Source: Eledone cirrhosa | Lineage: Eukaryota | Length of the DNA stretch: 64,000 bases | Reading direction: 5' to 3' | NCBI GenBank assembly: GCA_964016885.1 | Contig: OZ024741.1 | Location: 95,976,001 to 96,040,000 of the forward strand | In this document: positions 15,001 to 26,364 of the stretch, one piece after another | Numbering within the stretch: the stretch's first letter is position 1 | How the letters are laid out: every line of letters starts with the position of its first letter | The notes under the pieces: generated by a model | What the model saw: only the letters and a program-made list of their open reading frames with translations | Databases searched by the model: none | Told to the model about the DNA's origin: nothing | Position numbers and translations under genes: made by a program

Positions 15001-15415
15001 GATGTAGTGGTTAGTGTTGGATATGATGTTTAGCGTTGGGTGAAGTAATTAGTGTTGGGTGTAATGGTTAATGTTGGATGTAGTGGTTAGTGTTGGGTGT
15101 AGTAATTAGTGTTGGGTGTAGTAATTAGTGTTGGGTGTAATGGTTAATGTTGGATGTAGTGGTTAGTGTTGGATATGATGTTTAGCGTTGGGTGTAGTAA
15201 TTAGTGTTGGATGTAGTGGTTAGTGTTGGATGTAGTGGTTAGTGCTGGATATGATGTTTAGCGTTGGGTGTAGTAATTAGTGTTGGATGTAGTGGTTAGT
15301 GCTGGATATGATGTTTGGTGCTGGGTATAGTAATTAGTGTTAGGTGTAGTGGTTAGTGTTGGATGTAGTGGTTAGTGTTGGGTGTAGTAATTAGTGTTAG
15401 GCTTGGTATGATGTT
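1..15415. repeat. Tandem satellite array of 19-bp/17-bp monomers with 57/74-bp units and kb-scale higher-order repeats (open at left edge)
   Basis: Monomers TTGGGTGTAGTAATTAGTG, TTGGGTGTAGTTGTTAGTG, TTGGATGTAGTGGTTAGTG, TTGGATGATGTTTAGCC (17 bp) and TTGGATATGATGTTTAGC(G/A/C) repeat continuously. C is rare on the + strand and the ORF track has nothing here. Confidence 0.99.
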
Positions 15416-16422
15416 CAATGAGAGAAGTGACAAGTGAATTGGAAGAACATTAGTGGAGGTGCTATATCATTTAAAAACTAAACATGGCAGAAGAACTGAT
15501 TCATACATAGCGTTCATCACCGAAGCAATTTCATAAATCTCTTGAATGAATTAGATATTGGCATTTAGCCAAGTGAAAAGACGTCGAACTACTGGACAAA
15601 GAATAGGTGAATTCTGAAATTGTAGAAATTGCTGATGGTCTGTGTAAGCAACAACTATTTCATACCAATGAATAATCTGACCATTTCGAACTCTTACGTT
15701 GTGTCTGAGAGTAAGCTAAGTGGAGCTCGATGGAAGCCGATCGAATGTGAAGATCCCAGTAGTAGGAGGAGGAGAATCAGTATATTTTTGAATTGTACAC
15801 ATTAAAGACTTGATGTTTGAACTCACACGTGGATCAAATATCTTCTCTTATAGACCAACATCTTATCCAGAGGAGCTTAGTTTACTTCCCCCATAGAAAC
15901 TAAGGAAACAAAAAAGTCCAATTAGTCTTTGTGTTTCAATAAAAGTGTTAGGTGCTGCTGGTAAGCAGTGCTGACATTCGTGTCGTCTTTTGAGCCGGGG
16001 CACAGATATACACCACTCATACAACAGCTCAAATTCCAAGACGAAAAATATAACAGAACAAAAAGAAAACAAATGAATAGCAACAACAACGACAAAAACA
16101 ATATTAAATGCATCTAAAACGAAAAATGTTCCAAAAGGTACTGAACCAATATCAATAAAGGAGTAGTATAACAACAGAACCCTTACTCTTATGCAAACTT
16201 CCTCGACAATCCAACCAAAAATAACAAGTTTTTTGCTTGACATAATGCAATATAGCATATTATAAACATTAAGGACTGCCAAATCATTCTAAAGTTTGTA
16301 AAAAAACGAAAAGAAATCCGCAAGAGTGTCCTTATAAAGCATACGACATATTTTTCCCAAGTTATAGTAATCGTTTGGAAACCATAACATTTGTAAGAAA
16401 AAAAGTGATGTGGGAAAGGTTT

Positions 16423-16435
16423 ATATATATATATA

Positions 16436-16525
<90 letters not shown>

Positions 16526-16560
16526 TATATATATATATATATGTATGTATATATATATAT
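16423..16560. repeat. (TA)n microsatellite
   Basis: Direct reading. Confidence 0.98.
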
Positions 16561-16699
16561 GTACTCAGGTCTCAGTTGAAACATTACGAGCTAATGTCGA
16601 GTGGAAATTTAAAGATTCTGCTTGAGAAGTTACAATAGTACAAGCATATTTTATTGCCTCTTCGTCAATAAAAGAATGACAACTAAACAGATCGTAGGC

Positions 16700-16796
16700 A
16701 TACACCATTACACACGCACATACACACACACGCACCCCACATAAAACACATAAACACATACACACACACATACGCACACATAAAAGACACACACAT

Positions 16797-16886
<90 letters not shown>
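16700..16886. repeat. (CA)n microsatellite
   Basis: Direct reading. Confidence 0.97.
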
Positions 16887-16888
<2 letters not shown>

Positions 16889-17249
16889 ACATATACATTT
16901 GATAAAAAGGATAAATCTTTCGTAAATATAACAAGAATATTTATTCGTTTTGCAAAGGTCTCATTGAAATAGAATAATTCATTCTAAGAGCGATCCTGCT
17001 GCTGCTGCTTCTGCTGTTACTTCTACTGTTGCTTCTGCTGCTGCTGATGATGTGAAGCAAGGGAGGAGGGGAATGACGCAGCTGGAAGTGCCGTATAAAA
17101 CAGCAACAATAGGGATGTTTAGATAGCTAAAGTTTACATATGATTAGTTGTTACAATAAGTTCTAAATAACGAAAAGGTAGGAACACTAGATAACAAAAT
17201 AATGTAGCATATATATAACTGAACTAAATATACACCTAGAAAAGAGTGA

Positions 17250-17990
17250 GAAACAGGGAACAACCGCACCCGTTCAGGCTAAATACATGTGAAGAACAAC
17301 TATTAAGACGGGTGGGGACAAAAGCCTGGGCATGGAGAGTACTTCATCCGAAGCAAAGATGCTGATGTAGAACAGAGAAGAACTCATCTGTGACTGAGGA
17401 GTTCAGGACTAAATGCAGAGACAGAATGATTCATACTGGCAGCACATTACTAAATCATACCAGAAATTACAAACCTCATGTCTTAAAAATTGGTGCAGGC
17501 ACAAATTGCACGTTTTGGGGCCAATATAATGAAACAATAGCAAAAGACCATCATATTTCAGGCACAGGTACTAACACCAAATGATTATAAGAACCACTAT
17601 AATAGATTAGATCAATACTTGGACTGAACATTATACAACCACTATAAAATAAAATAGCCATCAACTTGTATGAACACCAGCCAGAGCCAGTAAAGGAATG
17701 AAATACTTTTAGATTTCCAAATTAACACAGACCGGACGATTCAAGCTAACAGACAAGAAACCACCATCAAGGACAAAACGATAAAACCTGCAAATGAATT
17801 CATATGTGTATTCGTTCAACCCCCCCCCCCCCCCCAAAAAAAAAACATATCATTAAAAGAACTTGAAAGGCTAAGCTCATTCAAAAACATAGAGATAGAG
17901 ATTGAAATGACATGACACCTCAAAACGATAACAGTCTCACTCATTTTAGAGGCCTTAGGGATGGTACGAAAAGCATGTTAAACACATTTT
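17250..17990 (+). mobile_element. Heavily decayed R4/Dong-like (restriction-like endonuclease) non-LTR retrotransposon 3' fragment
   Basis: Broken frames give TRNYKPHVLK..CTFWGQYNETI..HHISG (zinc-knuckle-like), DFQINTDRTIQANRQ (D..I.TDR.I.ANRPD-like) and TITVSLILEALG (GALG-like); many stops. Confidence 0.6.
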
Positions 17991-18198
17991 ATCAAGTGAA
18001 CTATCTGAAAATAAAAAAAATTTTTTTTGGCTTTCCCAACCTAAATATGAATACAGAGTAGCTTTAAATTAATGTGACATGCTTAAAACTAAGCTTTCTT
18101 CACTTAATTCAAATTATGCTATGTCTGTTTATGCTTATTCAACACCAAGTTATATGCACAAAACACGGATTGTTCGCGTGTAATATCATCTAAACCAC

Positions 18199-18280
18199 GT
18201 ATGTATGTATGTATGTATGTATGTATGTATGTATGTATGTATGTATGTATGTATGTATGTATGTATGTATGTATGTATGT
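18199..18280. repeat. (ATGT)n microsatellite
   Basis: Direct reading. Confidence 0.97.
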
Positions 18281-18901
18281 CAGGTCACCAGTTGGTGCTA
18301 CTGGTAACATGTATCCCACTACAACCTGTCTCATGGTCGGGTCGTTGGCGACTAAACTGGCAACCTCACCAAGGTTTCTTGGTGAGGAGGGTGACTTTGG
18401 ACATCCTGCAGGACTAAAAACAAAACCTGTCAAAGGGCAAAGGAGCTCTTAAGAGTCAATGGCCATCCAAAATCACCGGGAGAGATGACCCCTTAGCCTT
18501 TGTCAAGGCAGAATTCTAGGAGAAGGAAAACTCTGATATAACACCTGCAACCCTGATGGTATCCAATGATGTTGACTTATTCTTCTTTTTGGTAAATATC
18601 ATCTTGGTTAAGAGAGTGAGACTCGCTTTGTGCAGTGCCTTTGCTCACTATAAAAGCTTCACGGCACAGGCATTGCTTTGTATCTGGAGATCTCTCTGCA
18701 CTTGTCGTCACATGGTACCATGGGGCCAGCACTATGTGTCAATAATTGTCACAAGTGTAGTGTTTGTACCAGAGTTTTCAAGTCGCTGGCTGGACTAAAA
18801 AGTCACATTCGTTCAGCGCATCGGTAGGAGTTCTCCTCCATGGATATAAAGTAGTGGCCGTACTCGAAAACGAGTTGGCAGCCACCATGTATGTATGTAT
18901 G
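18281..18901 (+). mobile_element. Non-autonomous RTE-derived element (RTE-like 5' UTR joined to RTE 3' end, (ATGT)n tail)
   Basis: Homologous to 49070-49582(-), 36986-37290(-) and 19286-19760(+). Its 3' end CTCGAAAACGAGTTGGCAGCCACC(ATGT)n matches the 3' end of the RTE LINE at ~34800 (CTCGAACACGAGTTTGCAGCCACT-ATGT). Confidence 0.7.
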
Positions 18902-19191
18902 TTCTGGTTTTATAATTTCACAAAGTTTTACCAATAGAGAGGGAGTCGGTTTCTAACATAGACACAAGGCTCTCTCATTGGAATTTACACAGCATCAACT
19001 AGGTAGATATGTATGTATGCATGCATGTGTAGATATGAATGTTATTGTATGTGTGGATGTGTATGTTTTGAGTTGTATGTGTGCATGTGTATATGCTTTG
19101 CATCTGTACATGTGTATATGCAGTTATTAGATGAAAAATTTCTGGAATGTTTTACATATTTTTACTGTTCCATTAATGGATTGTACTTGTA
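18901..19191 (-). mobile_element. 3'-UTR fragment of R4/Dong-like element inserted in (ATGT)n
   Basis: Reverse complement matches 38170-38300 (3' end of the R4/Dong-like copy) and 49600-49880; (ATGT)n on both sides. Confidence 0.75.
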
Positions 19192-19285
19192 ATGTATGTA
19201 TGTATGTATGTATGTATGTATGTATGTATGTATGTATGTATGTATGTATGTATGTATGTATGTATGTATGTATGCATTCATACAT

Positions 19286-19760
19286 AGGAGAGGTAAACTC
19301 TGAAAAAAAACCTGCGGCTTTGGAAGCATCCGATGATGTTGACCAGTTCTCCTTTTCGGGTAGTGTTTTCGATGTTCAGAGAGTGGGATTGGTCGAGTGC
19401 AAGGCCTTTCCCCACTTAAAAAAACCTTCGATGCACAGACATTGCTTGTTCAGGATTTGTTACAGGTTCATGTGGCTGGCCATAGTCTAAAGGTGCACCA
19501 AACTCTATAATCTGATAAGTGATTGCAATATTCTTAGCAAAGTTTGCAGCCATCATGTATGTATGTATGTATGTATGTATGTATGTATGTATGTATGTAT
19601 GTATGTATGTATGTATGTATGTATGTATGTATGTATGTATGTATGAATGTATGTATGTATGCCTGTATGTATGTATGTATGTATGTATGTATGTATGTAT
19701 GTATGTATGAATGTATGTATGTATGCCTGTATGTATGTATGTTTGCATGTATGTATGTAT
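19286..19760 (+). mobile_element. 5'-truncated RTE-derived non-autonomous element with long (ATGT)n tail
   Basis: AGGAGAGGTAAACTCTGA...AAACCTGC and terminal AGTTTGCAGCCATC(ATGT)n, homologous to 18520-18900. Confidence 0.65.
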
Positions 19761-19871
19761 ATATGTGCGCGTGCGTGTTTGTGTGTTTGTGTGTGTGTGT
19801 GTGTGTGTGCATGTGTACACAAAAAGTAAACAGAAAACAACAAAGCAATACACTACAATGGTGATATATAT

Positions 19872-19940
19872 TACTTTAACGCTTGAATTACTAGTAAAAG
19901 AGTATTAACGTTTCGGACGCTAGTTATTCATCAGAAGATA
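19872..19940 (-). ncRNA. Decayed type-I hammerhead ribozyme motif
   Basis: TATCTT-CTGATGA-(13 nt, stem II unpaired)-GAA-ACGTT...AGCGT-T-AAAGTA; stem I pairs 5 of 6. Confidence 0.4.
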
Positions 19941-20141
19941 GAATGAGAAATAAAAAAATAGAAAAATAGTGGAGAGTGTGAAGAGCAAGAAACGGAAAAA
20001 ATATTTTTGAGAAACTACACGTGTGTGTTCTGTTATATAAATACTATATACCCATACATCCACATTATAAATACACATACATAAACATATAGGCGTATAT
20101 ACATTCAGATGTAGATGCAAACAAATAACCCAAGTCACAAG

Positions 20142-20224
<83 letters not shown>

Positions 20225-20585
20225 GTACAAACGTGTTTGCAATCATAAAAACATATGCACATACTGTGATACACAGGGACACATAAATTAGCAGACATTC
20301 ACAAGCACACATACAGAGACACATACATAGTATCACATAGAGGAAATATTGGCAAACAAACTGCTAATTGGTGACAGTGAACACAGGATTATGATATAAT
20401 CCTCTCTTCCGTTTAATTAATAAAGTGTTACAATTGGTGAATATTGGCATTCAATCTAAGACTAAAGAACGTCAATGGGATTTGGCAAAATATTTAGATA
20501 AACAAAACTAAGCGAAAATACACTGGCCATTCAAATATATTACGTAATAAAATATTGTACACCACTTAAAGAACAATCGTACATA

Positions 20586-20678
<93 letters not shown>

Positions 20679-20719
20679 GAAAGGTATAGAAAATATTGTA
20701 GCAATTTCTAACACCGGAT

Positions 20720-21024
20720 TCACTAGCGAAAGGTCTGTTTTCTGACTCGCTCATATATTCACACAGCTTATGCTGAAAGAATAACTATGTTGCTTGTGTT
20801 TATTTCCATCTTCGGTTAGCTTCCCCCTGTGTTGTTTACTTGTCTCACTCGCTTTACGCGTTTCTATTGTCCTAATAACTTATTTTAGTTATTATCGCTC
20901 CAACGTGAGGTATATGATTGTTAATGAGATGAAATACCCATGATCGTTTGGTAAATCACTGATGAGGGACTCATTTTATAACATGTTATCCATGTGCAAC
21001 CAGCAGTTTTCTTCTCACCCATAT

Positions 21025-21030
<6 letters not shown>
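20720..21030 (+). mobile_element. (TA)n-flanked non-coding repeat, homologous to 58713-59025(-); possible Penelope pLTR-like element
   Basis: Shared blocks, e.g. TGTTTACTTGTCTCACTCGCTTTACGCG and AAATCACTGATGAGGGACT. Confidence 0.7.
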
Positions 21031-21061
<31 letters not shown>

Positions 21062-21065
<4 letters not shown>

Positions 21066-21578
21066 AGTGGAAGCTTAGTAAAATCGAAGCTTTGGCTGTG
21101 GCCAAGCAAAGTCGACCTACAATAAGGAATGAGTAGCAAAGCACTCAATAAGGGTAGGTCCTTAGAGTAATAACATTGCGTTTAAAAAGCTTGACAAATT
21201 GAAAATTGCGGTAGGCAAAACCTAACTATACAGTAACAAAAGCAACGAAAGAACTAATCAGGTTAAAACAACAGACCTGGACAGATCGGACGATATTCTG
21301 CAATACCTCCGATATGTTTCTATGAATTCGAAACACGTAAGCTTGTGGTATTCCATGATCGAACAAGGAATTCACTTCATCAACAGGGATTCCGTTCTTT
21401 TGCCTCAAACTGGTCTGAACATTAACTAAATACGACTGCCACAATAGACAGCCTTCAATCATTTCGTTGTCACGTGTTATTTCCAACAAGGGAAGCAACC
21501 CCCAATTTTTGGCGGGTAAATTCAAAATGTTAACAAAGGAAAAAATATTTCCGCTCAACATTCCGAATAAAAGCTATA
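21062..21578 (-). mobile_element. (TA)n-flanked hammerhead-bearing repeat, homologous in part to 55141-55440
   Basis: Shared GCTTAGTAAAATCGAA, GGTAGGCAAAA, AACGAAAGAACTAA and ACCTGGACA blocks. Confidence 0.65.
21276..21387 (-). ncRNA. Type-I hammerhead ribozyme motif with C3>T
   Basis: CCTG-TTGATGA-AG-TGAATTC...GAATTCA-TA-GAA-ACATATCGGA...TCCGATCTGT-C-CAGG; stems I, II and III all pair; GUC site. Confidence 0.65.
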
Positions 21579-21610
21579 TATATATATGAAAAGATTCAGG
21601 ACCCCGACCA

Positions 21611-21700
21611 CTGAGCTACGGCCGTTTCGACAGCTAGATCCGAACTAAGCCACCAATATTAGAACGGCGGGAATCTAGCTGAACTTATTAAGGGCTACAG
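21611..21700 (-). ncRNA. Decayed minimal hammerhead motif with palindromic stem III
   Basis: CTGTAGC..TTAATAA-G.TCAGCTAGAT...ATCTAGCTGTC-GAA-ACGGCCGT-A-GCTCAG; the CTGATGA box is degraded. Confidence 0.45.
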
Positions 21701-22122
21701 TCCATATATAGGCATACATTCAAAGCAAAAAAGCCAAACATCTAAGCAAAAAATCATAAAAGTCTGTTCTTTTTCTCGTTTTTCTCAGTAATCTGTGGGG
21801 TGAGGTCCCCTAGTAAATGTCATGTATATAGTTTATTACCTTCTTGGTGGTGGGGAGTGGGGGTGGGGGTGTAGACAGGCCAAAATACAAGGGGAAGGGG
21901 TCAGTAGACGAACTGACTTGAAAGTGCCAAACCGGTGGCGCACACGCACACCCTTAAGGGAGATTTTATCCCCAAGCAACTATTTCTAATCTGTAGAAAC
22001 GGTATTGTGCTTAACTTCAATTCAAAGGGAAAGAAACAAACGAGAGGAAATATATTTTCGGCATATATAAGTCAAAGTGGGTAGCATGTATATATGAGTA
22101 CGCACAAACCAACACACTCACT

Positions 22123-22161
<39 letters not shown>

Positions 22162-22315
22162 CAAATAAGAGTAGTTAAGACGGGATTATTTCACTATAAT
22201 TGCTTTATTGAACGATATATATTTCTGGTTATGCATGTGACTCAATCAGATCCTTACGCAATCTTAGGTGCAGTTATGCAATCATTGGGATATGCTGCTG
22301 GCCATATGTGCGCGC

Positions 22316-22359
<44 letters not shown>

Positions 22360-22684
22360 AAAATGACACACAGCAATACAATAGCTATTAGTGTTATTAG
22401 ATTCGCGCTTTAGATGAAAGAGAAAAAAAGTTGAACGTACCGGCTTTTTGTCAGGAGATTACAAGTAGAAAGATTAGAAAAAAATTAGAAAAAGTAAAAA
22501 AAATAGAGAAAGGGTGACATGTGTATGTGTGTGTTAGTTTTTATTGTTCATGTGTATCACTATGTATATATAAGTGAGAATGTCTATACATAGTTCGAGA
22601 AGGAATCTAAGTGTGTCTGGCTATATAATCATTACATACATAGCTATGCCTTTATTGAAATAGATTAGATTTCTATTTCCAACT

Positions 22685-23795
22685 AGTGGCGGACTTTTCA
22701 ACCATCAACGATTCAAAGCTAAGACATATCTACGGACTATCATCATTTAGGATTTCCTTTTTATTGATGGAGCTGCATTTGTAGCAACATCTTTAGAGGA
22801 AGCTCAGGAACACGTAAACCGTTTTTCTGTTGCAATTAAAGCCTTCGGGCTTACCATCAGGATAAAGAAAACAGAGGTGATCCTCCAACCATGTTCTATT
22901 CCCAAACAATTACAAGGTACCAAACAGAAACCGCCAGTTCATCAGTTCCCACATACCCCTATACATGTCGATAGGAAGAACCTCAAGTATGTTAAATCGT
23001 TCACATATCTTGGCAGTAAGGTGAACTCAAATGCATCTCTCGGTGATGAGATAATTAATCGTATAAGGAAAGTGACGAGTGCAATTGGCAAGCTCCGTCA
23101 TTGTTTTTGGAATGAGAGCGGCATAAAACTGGGTACCAAGATACAGGCTTAGGAAGCTGTTGTACTGACCACACGTTTACATGGACCAGAATCTTGGACT
23201 CCTTAGAGGTCGCACATCAACCAACTATACGTCTTTTACAAAGGTTGTCTTCGCGCAATCTGTGAGTAGACCACCGAAAACAAAATATCTGATGCTGACC
23301 TCTTTACTAAGTTCAAGCTTGGAGGCATTGAAACCTTTCTTGTGAAATCACAACTACGCTGAGCTGGTCATACCATCAGAATGAGTGACAAAAGAAGACC
23401 AAAAGTCCTCATGTACAGTCAGCTAAATGGTGGATAAAGAAATGTTGGACGGCCATGACACAGGTACAAAGACAAGCTGAAAAGTAATCTCTCAGCAATC
23501 TATATACCTTATGAGACATTTGAGGTAGTGGCCTTGCAGCAGAAGAACTGGAGCTTTGTGTATCATAATAAGATCTGGAACATCGAGTCCACAGGCTACA
23601 AGAAGCAAGAGGGAGGAGAAAAGCATTATCAAACATTCCAGCAACATTATCCAGTAAACCTCACCATTTCACTATCTGCGGACTTGCTTGAAAATCCTTG
23701 GCAGGTCTAAAATGCCATGCCCGATATAAACATCTAAACTGAATTAATTGCATAGTTCGGATCCTCATACGTGGAAATCGACGGGAGAATCCATT
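22685..23795 (+). mobile_element. Decayed RTE (BovB-like) LINE, 3' ~1.1 kb
   Basis: VKSFTYLGSKVNSNASLGDEIINRIRK..AIGKL..WNESGIKLGTKI, plus broken-frame FGLTI, LR*AGHTIRMSDKRRPK and YKDKLK; multiple stops. Confidence 0.9.
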
Positions 23796-24473
23796 ATATA
23801 TATATATATTGAGATATTGTTTGTTATTTAGGTATCACTTCTCTGTTTTTAGCCTGAGAAAATATCTATATGCGTGTGTAATTAATACATGCATACATTT
23901 ATTTTTTAAAAATTAATTGAGTTCTTAACACGCAGGATTGATAATGTTTTTGAAAAAACTAATTAACCCACGTGTATATTATTTTACTTTTCTTGTGACT
24001 CGCGATTGCCTCCCTTTTCCGCTTCGTGACGCTATGATATTACCTCAGTCTAAAGACTGCTGGAATTTCAAATTTGGCGGTCATTTGATGCTTGAGGGGA
24101 TGACTTAGCGGACACGAAAAATAACTGCGGTAAGAAATTTTTTCTTATATCAAAGTTTAATGGGCATCCACTGATGATTTATAAGTGCCCACCTACATAT
24201 ATTCTTACAGAAAAATATGTTAGGCTTCTACATAAACTGTGAAACATTCTCCCAACTTGTAGAAAACTTATAATGAAACAATTGTTTGGAAAGAGAGATA
24301 TATTTTAATTTTAATTATATCTCATATAAAATAATACAACTGGCTTTCCACAAAATACATATAGTTAGCACCCCAAACACAAAATTGGGATTATACTAAC
24401 GTATATCCTAATGTTTGTTGAGTGAGATGGTTACCAGTCAGAGTTTAGCTTAAAGCTTTCTCTGTTATTGTAT

Positions 24474-24545
<72 letters not shown>

Positions 24546-24649
24546 CACACAATTAAGTATGGTTTTCCGAAAGGGATCGGAAATAAACCGCAATTAAATA
24601 AAATACACAATACTTAAGTAGATAAGAATCATATATATTTTATATCGAA

Positions 24650-24750
24650 ATGACTTCTACAGGATTAGAACTGTTTTATTCACATGAAATCATCAGGACG
24701 TTCTTGATAATCTCATGCGATTGAAACAGTTCTAGTCCTGTAGAAGTCAT
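24650..24750. ncRNA. Decayed fold-back palindrome of two hammerhead copies (same family as 61614-61731)
   Basis: ATGACTTCTACAGGATTAGAACTGTTT...AAACAGTTCTAGTCCTGTAGAAGTCAT imperfect inverted repeat; TCATCAG on the left arm. Confidence 0.7.
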
Positions 24751-25364
24751 ATCTGTATATAACATAATATATATATGCACACAGGCATATATATATACAT
24801 ATTGTAAAATATATATTGTAAACAATGAACTGAAAGAAATTAAGACGTTTAGTTGTCAAACATAAAATACATATATTACCACACACATACTCATGTTTTG
24901 TGCTTGCGTGTCAGTTTGTGTGCTCGTATGCGTGTGTCTATGTGTATAACGTTTTAGCTGAGGATAAATGTCTTTGCAATGTCTCATGTTCGGCTCAGAC
25001 GAAGAAGTGAAAAAAACAAAACAAAGTTCTGAAAACAAAAGAGGTTATATAACAAATATAAGATATATTTGTCTTTTCATTTAAATGTGTTCTTTATATT
25101 TTATAGCTTTTATTATTGTTCATTTTGTATTGTACCGTTTTAACCCATACGTTCCTTTAAGAAAGTCCGGATGATGAAGGCTTGATTAAATGTGCGTTTC
25201 CGGTTAGGGAAGAAACTCCTTTCTATCGGGCAGTCTTTGAATCTCGAAGATTAGTGGAAATAAACAACAGGAAGGGTCTATAGAATGTTCGCAAAATATA
25301 GCGGAGATTGTAACAAGAAAAGAAAGGAAATGAAGAAGACGACGACGATGACGAAATAGAAAGG

Positions 25365-25460
25365 GAAGAAGAAGAAGAAAAAGAAAGAAAGAAAGAAAGA
25401 AGAAGAAGAAGAAGAAGAAGAAGAAGAAGAAGAAGAAGAAGAAGAAGAAGAAGAAGAAGA
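25365..25460. repeat. (GAA)n microsatellite
   Basis: Direct reading. Confidence 0.95.
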
Positions 25461-26364
25461 TGACGACATTGTTTACTGTAATAATAGCCAACTTTGATGA
25501 ATGTTTCCCAAATAGAAAATCCAAAAACGAATCAAAGGTGTAGCTTTTGGAATACGTAAAAAATAAAAGAAAAAAGAAGGCAAAGAAAAATACAATTTCC
25601 CTACAACAACATTAAGATCTATGAAAGATTTCTATCAGTCACATGACAATTACTAAGACTGTTGTTTCTTTAAAGAAAGTATAAAATAAATCTTTCAAGA
25701 AAACAAGCACGTCGCTGAACATGAGACAGGAAGCATAAAATCTTTGTAAATTCTTTACTTTGGTCGAAAAGATTATAAATATAGACATCGCATTAGACTA
25801 GTTTACCTCTTAATGACGGTTTCGTAACCTGCTAGAAACAGCAGGCAAATCACCACCAAATCACACCATACCACATATAATAAGCATAGATTGGATAATG
25901 TAGTTTTTATATATTAAAGTCCTTTTCTTTTGCTTTTCTGCTCAGTCAGGGTGGGAAGGGAAGTGCCCTTCAGGACCTCTGAAACTGATAAGAGGGAGGG
26001 AGACTACATGCGAATGTTTGCCGTAAAGTGGACTCTACTTAATGTGGGGGCTATTAAACCTGGCGACGCAAAACATCTCGTTTAATTCCCTAACAATTCC
26101 ACCAATTCACTAACCTAGACTGCTAACTTATTGTATCGATCACGGCAGGAGTTGATTTTAGAGTGCTGAGAACTGGATCAAATACTGCAAGGCATTTTAT
26201 CCTACGTTCTAACGACATTGCCTATATCTCCGCCTAAAATACACACCTCTGAGCATAACTGTGCCCTACCAGAGCTGAGTTTGGTCTAAACAAGAACAAA
26301 TCTAATAACAATAACTCGTAGTATTATTCCTGTTGTTGTTAAAGCTGTTATTACTGGAGGTAGT

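Noticed and set aside
1-15415. Satellite as a mucin-like Thr/Asn-rich coding repeat on the minus strand
   Set aside because: 19/17-bp units shift frame and TAA recurs in every frame; no ORF in the track
1-15415. CRISPR array or true telomere
   Set aside because: No unique spacers or cas genes in a eukaryotic context; no TTAGGG runs, and strand polarity is wrong for a left-end telomere
24165-24245. CATCCA-CTGATGA...GAAA possible hammerhead
   Set aside because: Stem III/UH and the 3' strand of stem I cannot be formed convincingly
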